From NCBI GenBank assembly GCA_964433345.1, contig CAYSQJ010000005.1:155585-219584 (forward strand): DNA of 64,000 nt. The letters run 5' to 3'. Both the position numbers and the translations under genes were made by a program. Each line of letters starts with the position of its first letter. Positions within the stretch are counted from its first letter, which is position 1. Below are positions 1-9,366 of this stretch, piece by piece. The notes beneath the pieces were generated by a model. It had not been told where the DNA came from. It worked only from the letters and a program-made list of their open reading frames with translations, and did not search any database. This DNA comes from an uncultured Bordetella sp. (GTDB taxonomy: Bacteria; Pseudomonadota; Gammaproteobacteria; Burkholderiales; SG8-41).

Positions 1-11
1 TCCGGCCGTGC

Positions 12-980
12 TCAGTTGGCATCGATTTTCGCGCGCTTGATCACGGGTATCCAGCGCTGCTGTTCGCCGCGGATGAACTTCTGGTATTCACTGCCGCTGG
101 ACGGTGCGGAATCGATGCCGCGATCCTTCAGCTGCTTGACCACCTCGGGTGCATTCAGCGCGGCGGTAAAGTCCTTGCTCAGGCGGTTGACGATCGCCGG
201 CGGGGTTTTCGGCGCCGCCGACAGGCCGTACCAGTTGACCGCCTGATAACCCTTGACGCCGGCCTCGGCAACGGTTGGCACGCCCGGCAGCGCTTCGGCG
301 CGTTTGGCGCCGGTGACGGCGAGCGCGCGAACCTTGCCCGACTGCACATGCGGCACCGCGGTCGAGATGACGGCCATGAATGCCGGCACGTGACCGGCAA
401 TCAGGTCGGTGATGGCCGGGCCGCCGCCCTTGTAGGGCACGTGGTTGAGGGAGATGCCGGTCATGCCTTCGAGCAGCGCGACGGCGAGATGTCCGGGGCT
501 GCCGATGCCCGAGCTGGCGTAATTGACCTTCCCCGGCTGGCCCTTCGCGTAGGCAATGAATTCGCCGAGATTTTTCACCGGCACCGAAGGATGCGTGATC
601 AGGATGTTCTGCAGCGTGACCAGCATGCCGATGTGCACGAAATCCTTCATCGGGTCGTAGCCGGTTTTCTGGATCGCCGGGCTCACCACCATGGAGCCGA
701 TGTGCGACATGCCGACGCTGTGGCCATCGGGTTCCGAGCGCGACAGGATCTGCATCGAGATCACGCCGTTGGCGCCGGGGCGGTTGTCGACGATGACCTG
801 GGTGCCGAAGCTGGCGGCGAGTTTCGGCTGCAGGATGCGCGCGACGAGATCGGTGGCGCCGCCGGGCGGGAAGCCGACGATGAAACGGACGGGCTTGGTC
901 GGTCCCCAGTCGGCAGCCGATGCCGTTGCGGAGAACAATCCGGCGACCAGCAAGGCGATGGCGCGGTGCGGAAATTTCAT
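12..980 (-). CDS. Bug/TctC-family periplasmic carboxylate-binding receptor
   Basis: ORF 12..1028 trimmed to internal Met giving signal peptide MKFPHRAIALLVAGLFSATASA|ADW; hallmarks PVRFIVGFPPGGATDLVAR, YASSGIGSPGHLA, VPYKGGGPA. Confidence 0.85.
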   Translation of the reverse strand: MKFPHRAIALLVAGLFSATASAADWGPTKPVRFIVGFPPGGATDLVARILQPKLAASFGTQVIVDNRPGANGVISMQILSRSEPDGHSVGMSHIGSMVVSPAIQKTGYDPMKDFVHIGMLVTLQNILITHPSVPVKNLGEFIAYAKGQPGKVNYASSGIGSPGHLAVALLEGMTGISLNHVPYKGGGPAITDLIAGHVPAFMAVISTAVPHVQSGKVRALAVTGAKRAEALPGVPTVAEAGVKGYQAVNWYGLSAAPKTPPAIVNRLSKDFTAALNAPEVVKQLKDRGIDSAPSSGSEYQKFIRGEQQRWIPVIKRAKIDAN

Positions 981-1026
981 GGTTGTTTCGCTCCTGAAAG
1001 ATTTATATGCGACGCAGCATTCTCGC

Positions 1027-1068
1027 AAAAAAAAAGACTGCGAAGCCAGCGCTCCGCAGTCTTTTTTG
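1027..1068 (-). terminator. Rho-independent terminator (bidirectional hairpin) after the 1093..2067 gene
   Basis: gactgcg..N..cgcagtc stem flanked by A-run on + strand, which is a T-run on the - strand. Confidence 0.6.
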
Positions 1069-1092
1069 TCAGGAAACGATTTAGTTTTTCTG

Positions 1093-2067
1093 TCAGTTGG
1101 TGTGATACAGGCCGGCCGCCTTGATCACTTTCTCCCACTGCGCCTTCTCGGACCTGATGTAGGCGGCGAAGGCTTCCGGGGTGCTGGTCGAGACATCCAG
1201 ACCCTGCTTGAACAGCAAACCCTTGACCTCGGGCAGGTTCAGCACTGCAATCGATTCCTTGTTCAGGCGGTCGATCACGTTGCGCGGGGTTTTCGCGGGA
1301 GCGAGCAGGCCGTACCAGTTGTTGGCCTCGAAGCCTTTCAGCCCGGCTTCGGCGACGGTCGGCAGTTCGGGCAGCAGTCCTGAACGTTTGGCGGTGGAGA
1401 CGGCCAGTGCGCGGATCTTGCCGGACTTGATGTGGCCGACGGCGCTGGCGGCGGTGGCGAAGATCAGGTTGATCTGGCCACCGAGCAGATCGACCATCGC
1501 CGGTCCGCCGCCCTTGTACGGGACATGTACGATCTTGGTGCCGGCCTGAAGGTTGAACAGTTCCAGCGCGAGGTGCCCGGCACCGCCCACGCCCGAGGAT
1601 CCTCCGTTGAGCGGTTTGGTCTTGGCCAGCGCGACCAGTTCCATGACGCTCTTGGCCGGCACCGAGGGGTGGACGACCAGCGCGTTGGTGGAATCGACGG
1701 CGCGGGTGATTGGCTGCACGTCCTTCAGCGAGTCGAAGGGCAGCTTCTTGTACAGCGAGGGGTTGATGGCCAGTGCAGCGATGGTGCCCATCAGGATCGT
1801 GTAGCCGTCAGGCGTTGCGTTCGAAAGAATCTCGGTTGCGATGTTGCCGGCGGCACCCGGCCGGTTGTCGATGATGATCTGCTGACCGAGCCGCTCGCTC
1901 AGTTTGCTGCCGATGGCGCGCGCCGTGGTGTCGGTGCCTCCGCCCGGCGCGAAGCCGACGAGCATGCGGATGGGCTTGGTCGGCTGCCAATCGGCGGCAA
2001 GGCCATGGGTGGCGAATGCGGCCAATACGGCGCCGGCCATCAGTCGCTTGATCGGGTATTTATTCAT
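1093..2067 (-). CDS. Bug/TctC-family periplasmic carboxylate-binding receptor
   Basis: ORF trimmed from 2181 to Met at 2067 (MNKYPIKRLMAGAVLAAFATHGLA|ADW); PIRMLVGFAPGGGTD, VPYKGGGPA. Confidence 0.85.
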   Translation of the reverse strand: MNKYPIKRLMAGAVLAAFATHGLAADWQPTKPIRMLVGFAPGGGTDTTARAIGSKLSERLGQQIIIDNRPGAAGNIATEILSNATPDGYTILMGTIAALAINPSLYKKLPFDSLKDVQPITRAVDSTNALVVHPSVPAKSVMELVALAKTKPLNGGSSGVGGAGHLALELFNLQAGTKIVHVPYKGGGPAMVDLLGGQINLIFATAASAVGHIKSGKIRALAVSTAKRSGLLPELPTVAEAGLKGFEANNWYGLLAPAKTPRNVIDRLNKESIAVLNLPEVKGLLFKQGLDVSTSTPEAFAAYIRSEKAQWEKVIKAAGLYHTN

Positions 2068-2122
2068 CTTCTTCTCCTCCGGTTTTAAGGTGCTGGTGTG
2101 GGTGTTGCGTTGTCGTAAACGG

Positions 2123-3151
2123 TCAGGCCGCCGCGCTTGCGGCGGCAGCCGCCTTGCGACCGGCCGCAAGCCGGGTGGCAAGGGTAAAGGCGTGTTCCAT
2201 GGCGCCGGGATCGGCCTTGCCCTGGCCGACGATGTCGTAGGCGGTGCCGTGGGCGGGGGTCGTGAACACGCATTTCAGTCCGGCGGTCACGGTGACGCCC
2301 TTGTTGAAGCCGAGCAGCTTGGTCGCGATCTGTCCCTGGTCGTGGTACATCATGACCACGCCGTCGAACTTTCCCTTGAGAGCCTGCAGGAAAATCACGT
2401 CCGAGGAGATCGGGCCCTCGCAGTTGATGCCGGCGGACTTCAGCCTGTCGACGGTGGGGCGGATGATGCGGATTTCCTCGTCACCGAAGAGGCCGTTCTC
2501 GCCGTTGTGCGGATTGAGCGCGGCGACGCCGATGCGCGGGCTGGCCTTGCCGGCGGCGCGCAGCGTGTCGTTGGCGAGATTCACCGCGGCGGTGATGCGT
2601 TCCGGGGTGATCATGTTGACCGCTTCGCGCAACGCGACATGGGAGGTCACGCGGAAGGTGCTGAACTGGTCGATGACATTCATCTCGCCGAAAAAGCCGC
2701 TGTGCGAGGTGAGGTGGGCGAACATCTGGTGTTCGTCGTTGAACTTCCAGCCGCCGCGGTTCATTGCGCCCTTGTTCAGCGGCGCGAAGCAGATGCCGTC
2801 AAGCTTGCCTGCCAGCGCGAGGTCGATCATGAATTTCAGCGTGTCGCCGGCGAGTTTGCCGGCTTCATCGGACGATGTTCCCTGGGGGAATTTCGCGGGA
2901 TCGGTATTGCCGAGGTCGATCAGCGGCAGATCCTGGCGCGGCCAAGTCACCTCGTCGATGCTGCGGCAGACGGTGTATGCAAACCTGACGCCGGCATCAC
3001 GCATGCCGGTTTCGAGCACGCGCCGGTCGCCGACGACGACGACCTCGGCGAGTTGCGCGGGCTTGCCGGATGCCAGCAGTTTTGCGGCGATTTCAGGGCC
3101 GATGCCGGTGACATCGCCCAGCATGAATCCGATGCGGGGGGGCTTGCTCAT
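2123..3151 (-). CDS. PdxA-family NAD(P)-dependent hydroxy-acid dehydrogenase/decarboxylase (4-hydroxythreonine-4-phosphate dehydrogenase family)
   Basis: Trimmed to MSKPPRIGFMLGDVTGIGPEI; motifs NPHNGENGLFGDEE, YHDQGQIA, PAHGTAYDIVGQGKADPGA. Confidence 0.8.
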   Translation of the reverse strand: MSKPPRIGFMLGDVTGIGPEIAAKLLASGKPAQLAEVVVVGDRRVLETGMRDAGVRFAYTVCRSIDEVTWPRQDLPLIDLGNTDPAKFPQGTSSDEAGKLAGDTLKFMIDLALAGKLDGICFAPLNKGAMNRGGWKFNDEHQMFAHLTSHSGFFGEMNVIDQFSTFRVTSHVALREAVNMITPERITAAVNLANDTLRAAGKASPRIGVAALNPHNGENGLFGDEEIRIIRPTVDRLKSAGINCEGPISSDVIFLQALKGKFDGVVMMYHDQGQIATKLLGFNKGVTVTAGLKCVFTTPAHGTAYDIVGQGKADPGAMEHAFTLATRLAAGRKAAAAASAAA

Positions 3152-3183
3152 GAAGGCTCCTGTTGACAGGCTGCCAGTGTAGT

Positions 3184-4620
3184 CTATTTTGCGTGCCGGG
3201 CTGCCGTCCGGCGCGCCGGCGCAATGGCCAGCAATCGAGTCAGGCTGCGGACGCGGGGAAGCTTTTCCAGGTTGTAGACCAGGTCGATGATTTTCCCGGC
3301 CTGCACCGGCTGCAGGCCGCCCCAGGCTGCACATTCACGGAACTTCTCCGCAACCTCGGCATCGCTCATCGGGTTGGCCGGGCTGCCCTTGCCGAAATCG
3401 GCGCGGCCGCTGATCACGCGGCCGTCTTTCAGTTCGATGTCGATGATGGTGGTCATTTTCTCGTAGCCCGCCGCTTCGGCCTCCGGATGCACGCCAAAAT
3501 CGACCAGCCGCATCATGCGCTGGACATCGGCGCGCCTGACCACGGCATCGGTGAACTGTGCCAGTCCCGCCTTTCGTTCGAGCAGCAGGATCGCCATGCA
3601 GAATTCCATGCTGAACTTTGCCTGCAGTTCCGTCTTCGGGCGACGGTGAATCAGGGTGTTGGGCATGTGACGGTTGGTGCCGACGCGGATTTTTCTGACC
3701 TGTGGTGCCCGAATGTCGTGCTTCAGCACCAGGTCGAGCATGACGCCCATGCCGGGGTGGGTCAGCGAACCGCTGGGATGCGGCTTGATCGAGACGCCGG
3801 GGAAGGCGAAGGTCCAGGGCCGGCCGAGTTTGCCGTGGATGGCCTGCGGATCGTAACCGCCACCCGCCGCATTGAAGAAACCGCGTTTTGCTTCGAGGGC
3901 GTCCGGTGCGGCGCTCCAGCCCAGCCGGACCAGTTCTGCGGCGATTACGCCGGATTCGGCGGCGCGCCCGGGATGGAAGGGCTTGGTCATGGTGCCGAAG
4001 TTCTCGCGCAGGCCGGCGGCCTGGCTGGCGCCCAGGCTCAGTGCCTGCGCGGTCCCTGCGGCGTCGAGCCCGAGCAACCGGGCCGCGCCGGCAGCGGCGC
4101 CGATGGCGCCGAAGGTGGCGGTTGAATGGAAGCCTTCGCTGTAATGCCGCGGATGGATCGCTTCGGCCAGCTTGGTTTCGACTTCGACGCCGATCTGGTA
4201 GGCCGCCAGCAGTTCTAGGCCGGAGCGGTTGTCGCGTTCGGCCAGTGCCAGCACCGCGGGCAGCACCGGCGCGGTGGGGTGGGTGAGCAGGCCGTAGACG
4301 CGGTCTTTTGCCACCGCGAGCTGGGTGTCGTCGTAGTCGTCGGCATGGATCGCGATACCGTTGGCGAATGCCGCGAAACGCGGTGGCAGCTTGATCGGGG
4401 TGCCGATGACCGTCGCCCCGCGATCGAGCGGCAGGTCCAGCATCTTCAGATACTTGCGCACCAGATGGCCGGATTCAGCGGCGTTGCCGGCCAGCGCGAG
4501 ACCGAGGCCGTCGAGCAGAGAGCGCTTGCCGTGCCGCATCACCTCGCGCGGGATGCGGGCTGCCGCGGTACGCGTGATGAAGCGCGCAACTTCGGCGGTG
4601 ATGGCGAATTCGCGGGGCAT
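3184..4620 (-). CDS. MmgE/PrpD-family protein (2-methylcitrate-dehydratase-like)
   Basis: About 478 aa after trimming to MPREFAITAEV; length and overall sequence look typical of PrpD/MmgE proteins (recognition from memory). Confidence 0.75.
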   Translation of the reverse strand: MPREFAITAEVARFITRTAAARIPREVMRHGKRSLLDGLGLALAGNAAESGHLVRKYLKMLDLPLDRGATVIGTPIKLPPRFAAFANGIAIHADDYDDTQLAVAKDRVYGLLTHPTAPVLPAVLALAERDNRSGLELLAAYQIGVEVETKLAEAIHPRHYSEGFHSTATFGAIGAAAGAARLLGLDAAGTAQALSLGASQAAGLRENFGTMTKPFHPGRAAESGVIAAELVRLGWSAAPDALEAKRGFFNAAGGGYDPQAIHGKLGRPWTFAFPGVSIKPHPSGSLTHPGMGVMLDLVLKHDIRAPQVRKIRVGTNRHMPNTLIHRRPKTELQAKFSMEFCMAILLLERKAGLAQFTDAVVRRADVQRMMRLVDFGVHPEAEAAGYEKMTTIIDIELKDGRVISGRADFGKGSPANPMSDAEVAEKFRECAAWGGLQPVQAGKIIDLVYNLEKLPRVRSLTRLLAIAPARRTAARHAK

Positions 4621-4660
4621 GGCCTGCCGTGCCTTTCGCCGCGCCGGTTTTACCCGGTGC

Positions 4661-5248
4661 TCAGCCTGCAATCCCGAATTCCCTGCGGAATTCGGCGATG
4701 ACCTGCTCGCGGCTGCGGAGCAGGCGCGGCGGGCGCTGGCCCATCGGGCGGTTCTCGATTTCCGGCACGATTTTCATCGCGACAAAGGTCGGGCCCGGCG
4801 CGGCGAGAATCCGGCCCATATCAAGGGACAGTCTTTCGAGGTTGGTGTAGGCATGCACTGACGGATATCCCGCCGCTTTCGCAAACTGGTCGTAGACGAC
4901 GTTGGCGGCGTTGGGCACAGGTTGCCCGCCGGTGGTTGCATAGCACTCGTTGTCGAGCAGGAAGTGGTAGAAATTCTTCGGCTTGTGCTCAGACACCATC
5001 GCCAGCACACCGAGACTCATCTGCAGGTCGCCTTCGGAATCGAAGAGCACCACTTTCTCGTCAGGCATTGCCATCGCGAGGCCGAGCGCGAACCCGGCGT
5101 GGCCGCCCATCGCGGGGTCGCCCAGCGGGAGATCGCGGGACGGCAGCTTGCTGATCTCGTGCCACTGGCGGTTGCCGCGACCGGGGATCACGACGGCCTT
5201 GCCCCGGTGCTGCTGAAACAGTTCGAGCATTTCGTGCAATACGATCAT
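4661..5248 (-). CDS. TPP-dependent decarboxylase, beta (PP-domain) subunit (sulfopyruvate/phosphonopyruvate decarboxylase-like)
   Basis: 195 aa; TPP C-terminal binding region ...LGLAMAMPDEKVVLFDSEGDLQMSLGVLAMV...; adjacent to alpha-subunit gene. Confidence 0.7.
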   Translation of the reverse strand: MIVLHEMLELFQQHRGKAVVIPGRGNRQWHEISKLPSRDLPLGDPAMGGHAGFALGLAMAMPDEKVVLFDSEGDLQMSLGVLAMVSEHKPKNFYHFLLDNECYATTGGQPVPNAANVVYDQFAKAAGYPSVHAYTNLERLSLDMGRILAAPGPTFVAMKIVPEIENRPMGQRPPRLLRSREQVIAEFRREFGIAG

Positions 5249-5267
5249 GTCCTGTGTCTCCGGGCGT

Positions 5268-5786
5268 TCAGCTGTTGAATCCGTGGTATTCGTCGCCCAC
5301 CAGCACGGCGACCGGGCGGCGCGTCCGGCGCGCCTCCTCGAAGGCGACCGATATGCGCGAAGCGTCGCGGTCGTTCTCGACGAGGTAGTAGCTGATGCCG
5401 AAGGCGTTGAGGAAGCGCTCGGTGTAGACCGCGGCAGTGTCCTTGGTCACGCCGTGCCGGGTCCAGCCGCGGTAGCCGACCAGCATCACCACCGGCACGT
5501 TGAGGCCCATGCCCCAGCCGCGCATCGAGTCGCCGGCTTCCATCATGCCGGTGTTCTGGATCAGGATGATCGGCGTCTTGCCGCCGACATGCAGGCCGGC
5601 TGCAGTGGAGAAGGCGAGGCCTTCCCGCGCAACGGCCATCAGCGTCAGCGTCGGTTCGGACTTCATCAGCATGTACAGCCAGTTGGTCTCGCTGTCCGGC
5701 AGCCAGACCACGTGGCTGACGCCGTTTTTCTTCATTTCGGCGAGCACCGTTTCCGGGCTCAGGTGGGCTTCGTGGGTATCGGTCAT
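5268..5786 (-). CDS. TPP-dependent decarboxylase, alpha (PYR-domain) subunit
   Basis: 512-aa ORF trimmed to MTDTHEAHLSPETVLAEMKKNGVSHVVWLPDSE (172 aa); N-terminal TPP pyrimidine-binding domain with conserved AVAREGLAFSTAAG. Confidence 0.7.
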   Translation of the reverse strand: MTDTHEAHLSPETVLAEMKKNGVSHVVWLPDSETNWLYMLMKSEPTLTLMAVAREGLAFSTAAGLHVGGKTPIILIQNTGMMEAGDSMRGWGMGLNVPVVMLVGYRGWTRHGVTKDTAAVYTERFLNAFGISYYLVENDRDASRISVAFEEARRTRRPVAVLVGDEYHGFNS

Positions 5787-5984
5787 CTGCGTTCTTTTCC
5801 CTTGCGGCAGTGGCATGGCCGCGTGCGATTTCAGGCGCACAGTTCTATCACAGTTCCGGCACGGATTTTCCCGGAGTTCCGGATTCTGGTCGTCGCCCGG
5901 CAGGGCCGCCGCCATGCCTTGCCGCAACGCGAAACGGGGGTTAACCTCGCCCGACCTCCACCACACTGCCCCGGGCTGTCTGCC

Positions 5985-6752
5985 ATGAAAAATCCCGTCC
6001 GCGCCGCGCTGGCCCGCGGTGACACCGTCACCGGCATCATCCTGTTCAGCGGCAGCCCGATGATCACGGAGCTGGCCGCCGCAGCCGGCATCGACTTCGT
6101 GATCATCGATATGGAGCACAGTGCGCTCGATTTCGACACCTGCGCGCACATCATCCGCGCCGCCGATGCCGCCGGGATCACGCCTTTCGTGCGTATCGCC
6201 GACGTCGGGCGCACGCTGATTCTCAAGCTGATGAACATGGGGGCCGCCGGCATTGCGATATCGCATGCGACCAGGGAAAACTGCGTCCAGGCTCTGAATT
6301 ACGCACGTTACGCGCCGGCGGGGGAGCGCGGCGCCTGCACCATTGTGCGCTCGGCCGGCTATGCGCCGGGCGACTGGGATGCGCATGTGCGGAACAGCAA
6401 CGGCGAGCTGATGGTGATTCCGCTGATCGAGGACGCGGAGACGCTGCGCGACTTCGATGCACTGGCCGCAGTGCCGGGGCTGGAGGTGTTTTTCATCGGC
6501 CCTACCGACCTGTCGATCGCGCTGGGCGTGCCGCATGCCACTTTTGACGAGCCGAAGATGGCGGCGGCGCTGGAGCAGGTGGTGGCGGCGGCACATAAAC
6601 ACGGCAAGCACGTGATGACCACCATCGGCAACAAACCCGATCCCGACTACGGCAGATCGGTGCGTGACCGCGGCGTGCAGGCGATCGTGCTCGGCACCGA
6701 CGGGCATCTGTTCCTGGATGTGTGCCGTCGGGTCAATGCTGTAAAAACCTAA
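5985..6752 (+). CDS. HpcH/HpaI-family aldolase
   Basis: ORF 5247..6752 trimmed to MKNPVRAALARGDTVTGIILFSGSPMITELAAAAGIDFVIIDMEHS; typical HpcH/HpaI N-terminus and about 255 aa length. Confidence 0.8.
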   Translation: MKNPVRAALARGDTVTGIILFSGSPMITELAAAAGIDFVIIDMEHSALDFDTCAHIIRAADAAGITPFVRIADVGRTLILKLMNMGAAGIAISHATRENCVQALNYARYAPAGERGACTIVRSAGYAPGDWDAHVRNSNGELMVIPLIEDAETLRDFDALAAVPGLEVFFIGPTDLSIALGVPHATFDEPKMAAALEQVVAAAHKHGKHVMTTIGNKPDPDYGRSVRDRGVQAIVLGTDGHLFLDVCRRVNAVKT

Positions 6753-6765
6753 AAGCATTAAAGCA

Positions 6766-6858
6766 GCCACAGAGGACACAGAGAGCACAGAGAACTTCAA
6801 AAACAAGTTGTACGGGAGAGTTTTGGTTTTCCTCTGTGAACTCTGTGTTCTCTGTGGC
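6766..6858. repeat. CACAGAG-type palindromic intergenic element, copy 1
   Basis: Arms gccacagaggacacagagagcacagagaac (6766-6795) and cctctgtgaactctgtgttctctgtggc (6831-6858) are near-perfect inverted repeats around a 35-nt centre. Confidence 0.85.
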
Positions 6859-6881
6859 TAAAGATTTTGACTTTTAAAACC

Positions 6882-7769
6882 ATGAGCAAAAAACTCATCA
6901 TCACCGTGCGCGTCAACGAGTATATGTCGCGCGACATCAACAGGAATGTGCCGTTCACGCCGGACGAGATCGCCGAAACCGCGGCGGAGTGCCGTGCGGC
7001 CGGCGCCTCGATCATCCATTTCCATGCCCGCACGCCGGACGGCGGCAAGTGCCACGATCCCGAGGTCTATGCCGAGATCGTGGCCAGGATCCGCGAGAAG
7101 ACCGACATCCTGATCGACTCGACGCTGGGCCAGATCACCGTCAACGAGGACGAGAACCGGCTGGCCCATATCAAGTTGATGGGGCAGAAGAGCAAAACCC
7201 GTCCGGATTTCGCCGCGGTCGACACCGGGAGCAGCAATATCGACGCCTATGATCCGGCGACGAAAAAGTTCCTGACCACCGACAAGATCTACAAGAACAG
7301 CACCGAGACCTGCCTGTTCCTCGCCAGGGGCATGACCGAGGCCGGCGTCAAGCCTCATCTGTCGGTGTGGGCGGTGCCCTTCGTGCGCATGGTGGAGGCC
7401 TTTCTCGACATGGGCGCGGTGCGCGAGCCCGCCTATGTGCAGTGCGTGCTGGCGGAGGGCGGCATCGTCGGTGCGCACCCCTGCACCACGCGCGGGCTGG
7501 AGGCGCTGATCGATTTCCTGCCGCCGCAGCGGCGCATCGAATGGACGGTGGCCTGCAAGGAAGGCAACCTGTTCAACGTTGCCACCACCGCGCTCGAACG
7601 CATGGGGCATCTCGCGCCGGGCATCGGCGACTATCCCTATCCTGAGATCGGCTGTCCGACCAACGCCGAACTGGTGCGGCGGTTTGCGGAACTGGGGCGG
7701 GCGGTCGGCCGCGAGCCGGCAACGACCGACGAGGCGCGGGCCCTGCTGGGCATCATGCCTCCCGAGTGA
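6882..7769 (+). CDS. BKACE-family (3-keto-5-aminohexanoate cleavage enzyme, DUF849) protein
   Basis: MSKKLIITVRVNEY..., IIHFHARTPDGG motif, about 295 aa. Confidence 0.75.
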   Translation: MSKKLIITVRVNEYMSRDINRNVPFTPDEIAETAAECRAAGASIIHFHARTPDGGKCHDPEVYAEIVARIREKTDILIDSTLGQITVNEDENRLAHIKLMGQKSKTRPDFAAVDTGSSNIDAYDPATKKFLTTDKIYKNSTETCLFLARGMTEAGVKPHLSVWAVPFVRMVEAFLDMGAVREPAYVQCVLAEGGIVGAHPCTTRGLEALIDFLPPQRRIEWTVACKEGNLFNVATTALERMGHLAPGIGDYPYPEIGCPTNAELVRRFAELGRAVGREPATTDEARALLGIMPPE

Positions 7770-7855
7770 TGCCGGATCCGAATTGGTTTCCGTCGGCGTT
7801 GCCGGATGGCTGCTGCAGAAATGTTTCCTGATCTGAACTGAACCACGGAGTTTTT

Positions 7856-9211
7856 GTGTCTTTCCCGTTTACGAGTGAAATGTTCGGCACTGCGGCCGCG
7901 ATGAAGATTTTTTCGGGGCGGCGGACCGTGCACTGGATGCTGGCTTTTGAGGCTGCGCTGGCGCGTGCGCAGGCGCAGTTCGGCGTAATTCCATTGGAGG
8001 CGGCGGCATCCATCGAACGGGTTTGCGCCGCCGATCCGATTGACCTTGAGCGATTGACCGGTGATTCGATGCTCAGCGCCAATGCGGCAGCGCCACTGGT
8101 CAAGCAATTGACGGCCGCGGTTGCGGTGGATGATCCGGAGGCTGCCAAGTTCGTGCACTGGGGTGCGACCAGCCAGGACGCACTGGATACGGCACTGGTC
8201 CTGCAACTGCGGGAATCGATTGCGCTGTTGCGTGAGGATCTCGATGCCTTCGTAAAAACACTCGTGCAGCTGACTGCACAGCACCAGTCAACACCTATGG
8301 CGGGGCGTACGCTCCTGCAACAGGCCTTGCCCATCACCTTCGGATTCAAGGTGGCCGGATGGCTGGACGCTGCAATGCGCCACCAGGATCGGCTGCTCGC
8401 GCTGGAGGAAGAAATTTCGGTGCTCCAGTTTGGAGGCGCCACAGGCACACTGGCCAGTCTCGGCGACAAGGCACAACCCGTCATGCTTGCGCTGGCCCGG
8501 GGCCTGGATCTGCGTTTGCCCGACATTCCCTGGCATACCCAGCGAGACCGGCTTGCGGCGGTGGCCACCACCTGTGGTTTGCTGGTCGGTACGCTGGGCA
8601 AGATTGCGGGCGACATCGCGCTGTCATCGCAAACCGAGATCGGCGAACTGGCCGAGCCGGCCGAGCCGGGCAAGGGCGGATCATCAACGCTGCCGCACAA
8701 ACGTAATCTTGTGGGCTGCAATTATGTGGCTGCCGTGGCGATGCGGGTGCCGAATCTGGTGGCTACCATGCTGTCCGCCATGGCACATGAACACGAGCGT
8801 GCGGCGGGCGCCTGGCATGCTGAATGGGAAGTGCTGCCGGAGATCCTGAGACTGACCGCCGGCGGTCTGGTCCATCTCAAGCGGATGACGGACAAACTGG
8901 AGGTCAATGCGTCACGGATGCGCGAAAACCTGGGCATTACGCGCGGCCAGTTGATGGCGGAGTGCGTCACCATCGCGCTTGGTGCGCGGATCGGGCGGAT
9001 GCACGCCTACCAGCTGGTGAATGCGGCATGTCAGCGGGCGAATGCCTCTGGCGCTTCCCTGTGCGACGCGATGCGGGATGACCGGGAACTCAGTGCGTTG
9101 CTCGATGACGCGGAGATGGACCGTTTGCTGGATCCTGCAAACTACCTGGGCCAGAGCCGTGCTTTCGCGCTGAAGGTGCTGGAACGCCAGCGGCAGCGCG
9201 GCGGCTCCTGA
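7856..9211 (+). CDS. Class-II lyase (fumarase/aspartase superfamily), 3-carboxy-cis,cis-muconate cycloisomerase-like
   Basis: GTG start with GGAG 6 nt upstream; superfamily signature GKGGSSTLPHKRNLV; 451 aa. Confidence 0.75.
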   Translation: MSFPFTSEMFGTAAAMKIFSGRRTVHWMLAFEAALARAQAQFGVIPLEAAASIERVCAADPIDLERLTGDSMLSANAAAPLVKQLTAAVAVDDPEAAKFVHWGATSQDALDTALVLQLRESIALLREDLDAFVKTLVQLTAQHQSTPMAGRTLLQQALPITFGFKVAGWLDAAMRHQDRLLALEEEISVLQFGGATGTLASLGDKAQPVMLALARGLDLRLPDIPWHTQRDRLAAVATTCGLLVGTLGKIAGDIALSSQTEIGELAEPAEPGKGGSSTLPHKRNLVGCNYVAAVAMRVPNLVATMLSAMAHEHERAAGAWHAEWEVLPEILRLTAGGLVHLKRMTDKLEVNASRMRENLGITRGQLMAECVTIALGARIGRMHAYQLVNAACQRANASGASLCDAMRDDRELSALLDDAEMDRLLDPANYLGQSRAFALKVLERQRQRGGS

Positions 9212-9366
9212 AGTCGGGTGCTGTGCGTTCGGGAGCTGCGCTGGAGCGTCCCTGCGACCTGCTCATATCGTGAACATGTCGGGGTGACCGGACCGGGCTG
9301 GGGTTAGAATCCGGCACTATCGCCGCTTCGGGAAAGACTCGGCGGATTTCCACAGGAGAACACGCA

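Noticed and set aside
5247-6806. Mutually overlapping 501-aa (+) and 512-aa (-) ORFs
   Set aside because: Only the C-terminal 255 aa of the plus ORF (an HpcH aldolase) and the C-terminal 172 aa of the minus ORF (a TPP alpha subunit) resemble real proteins. The remainders overlap each other antisense.
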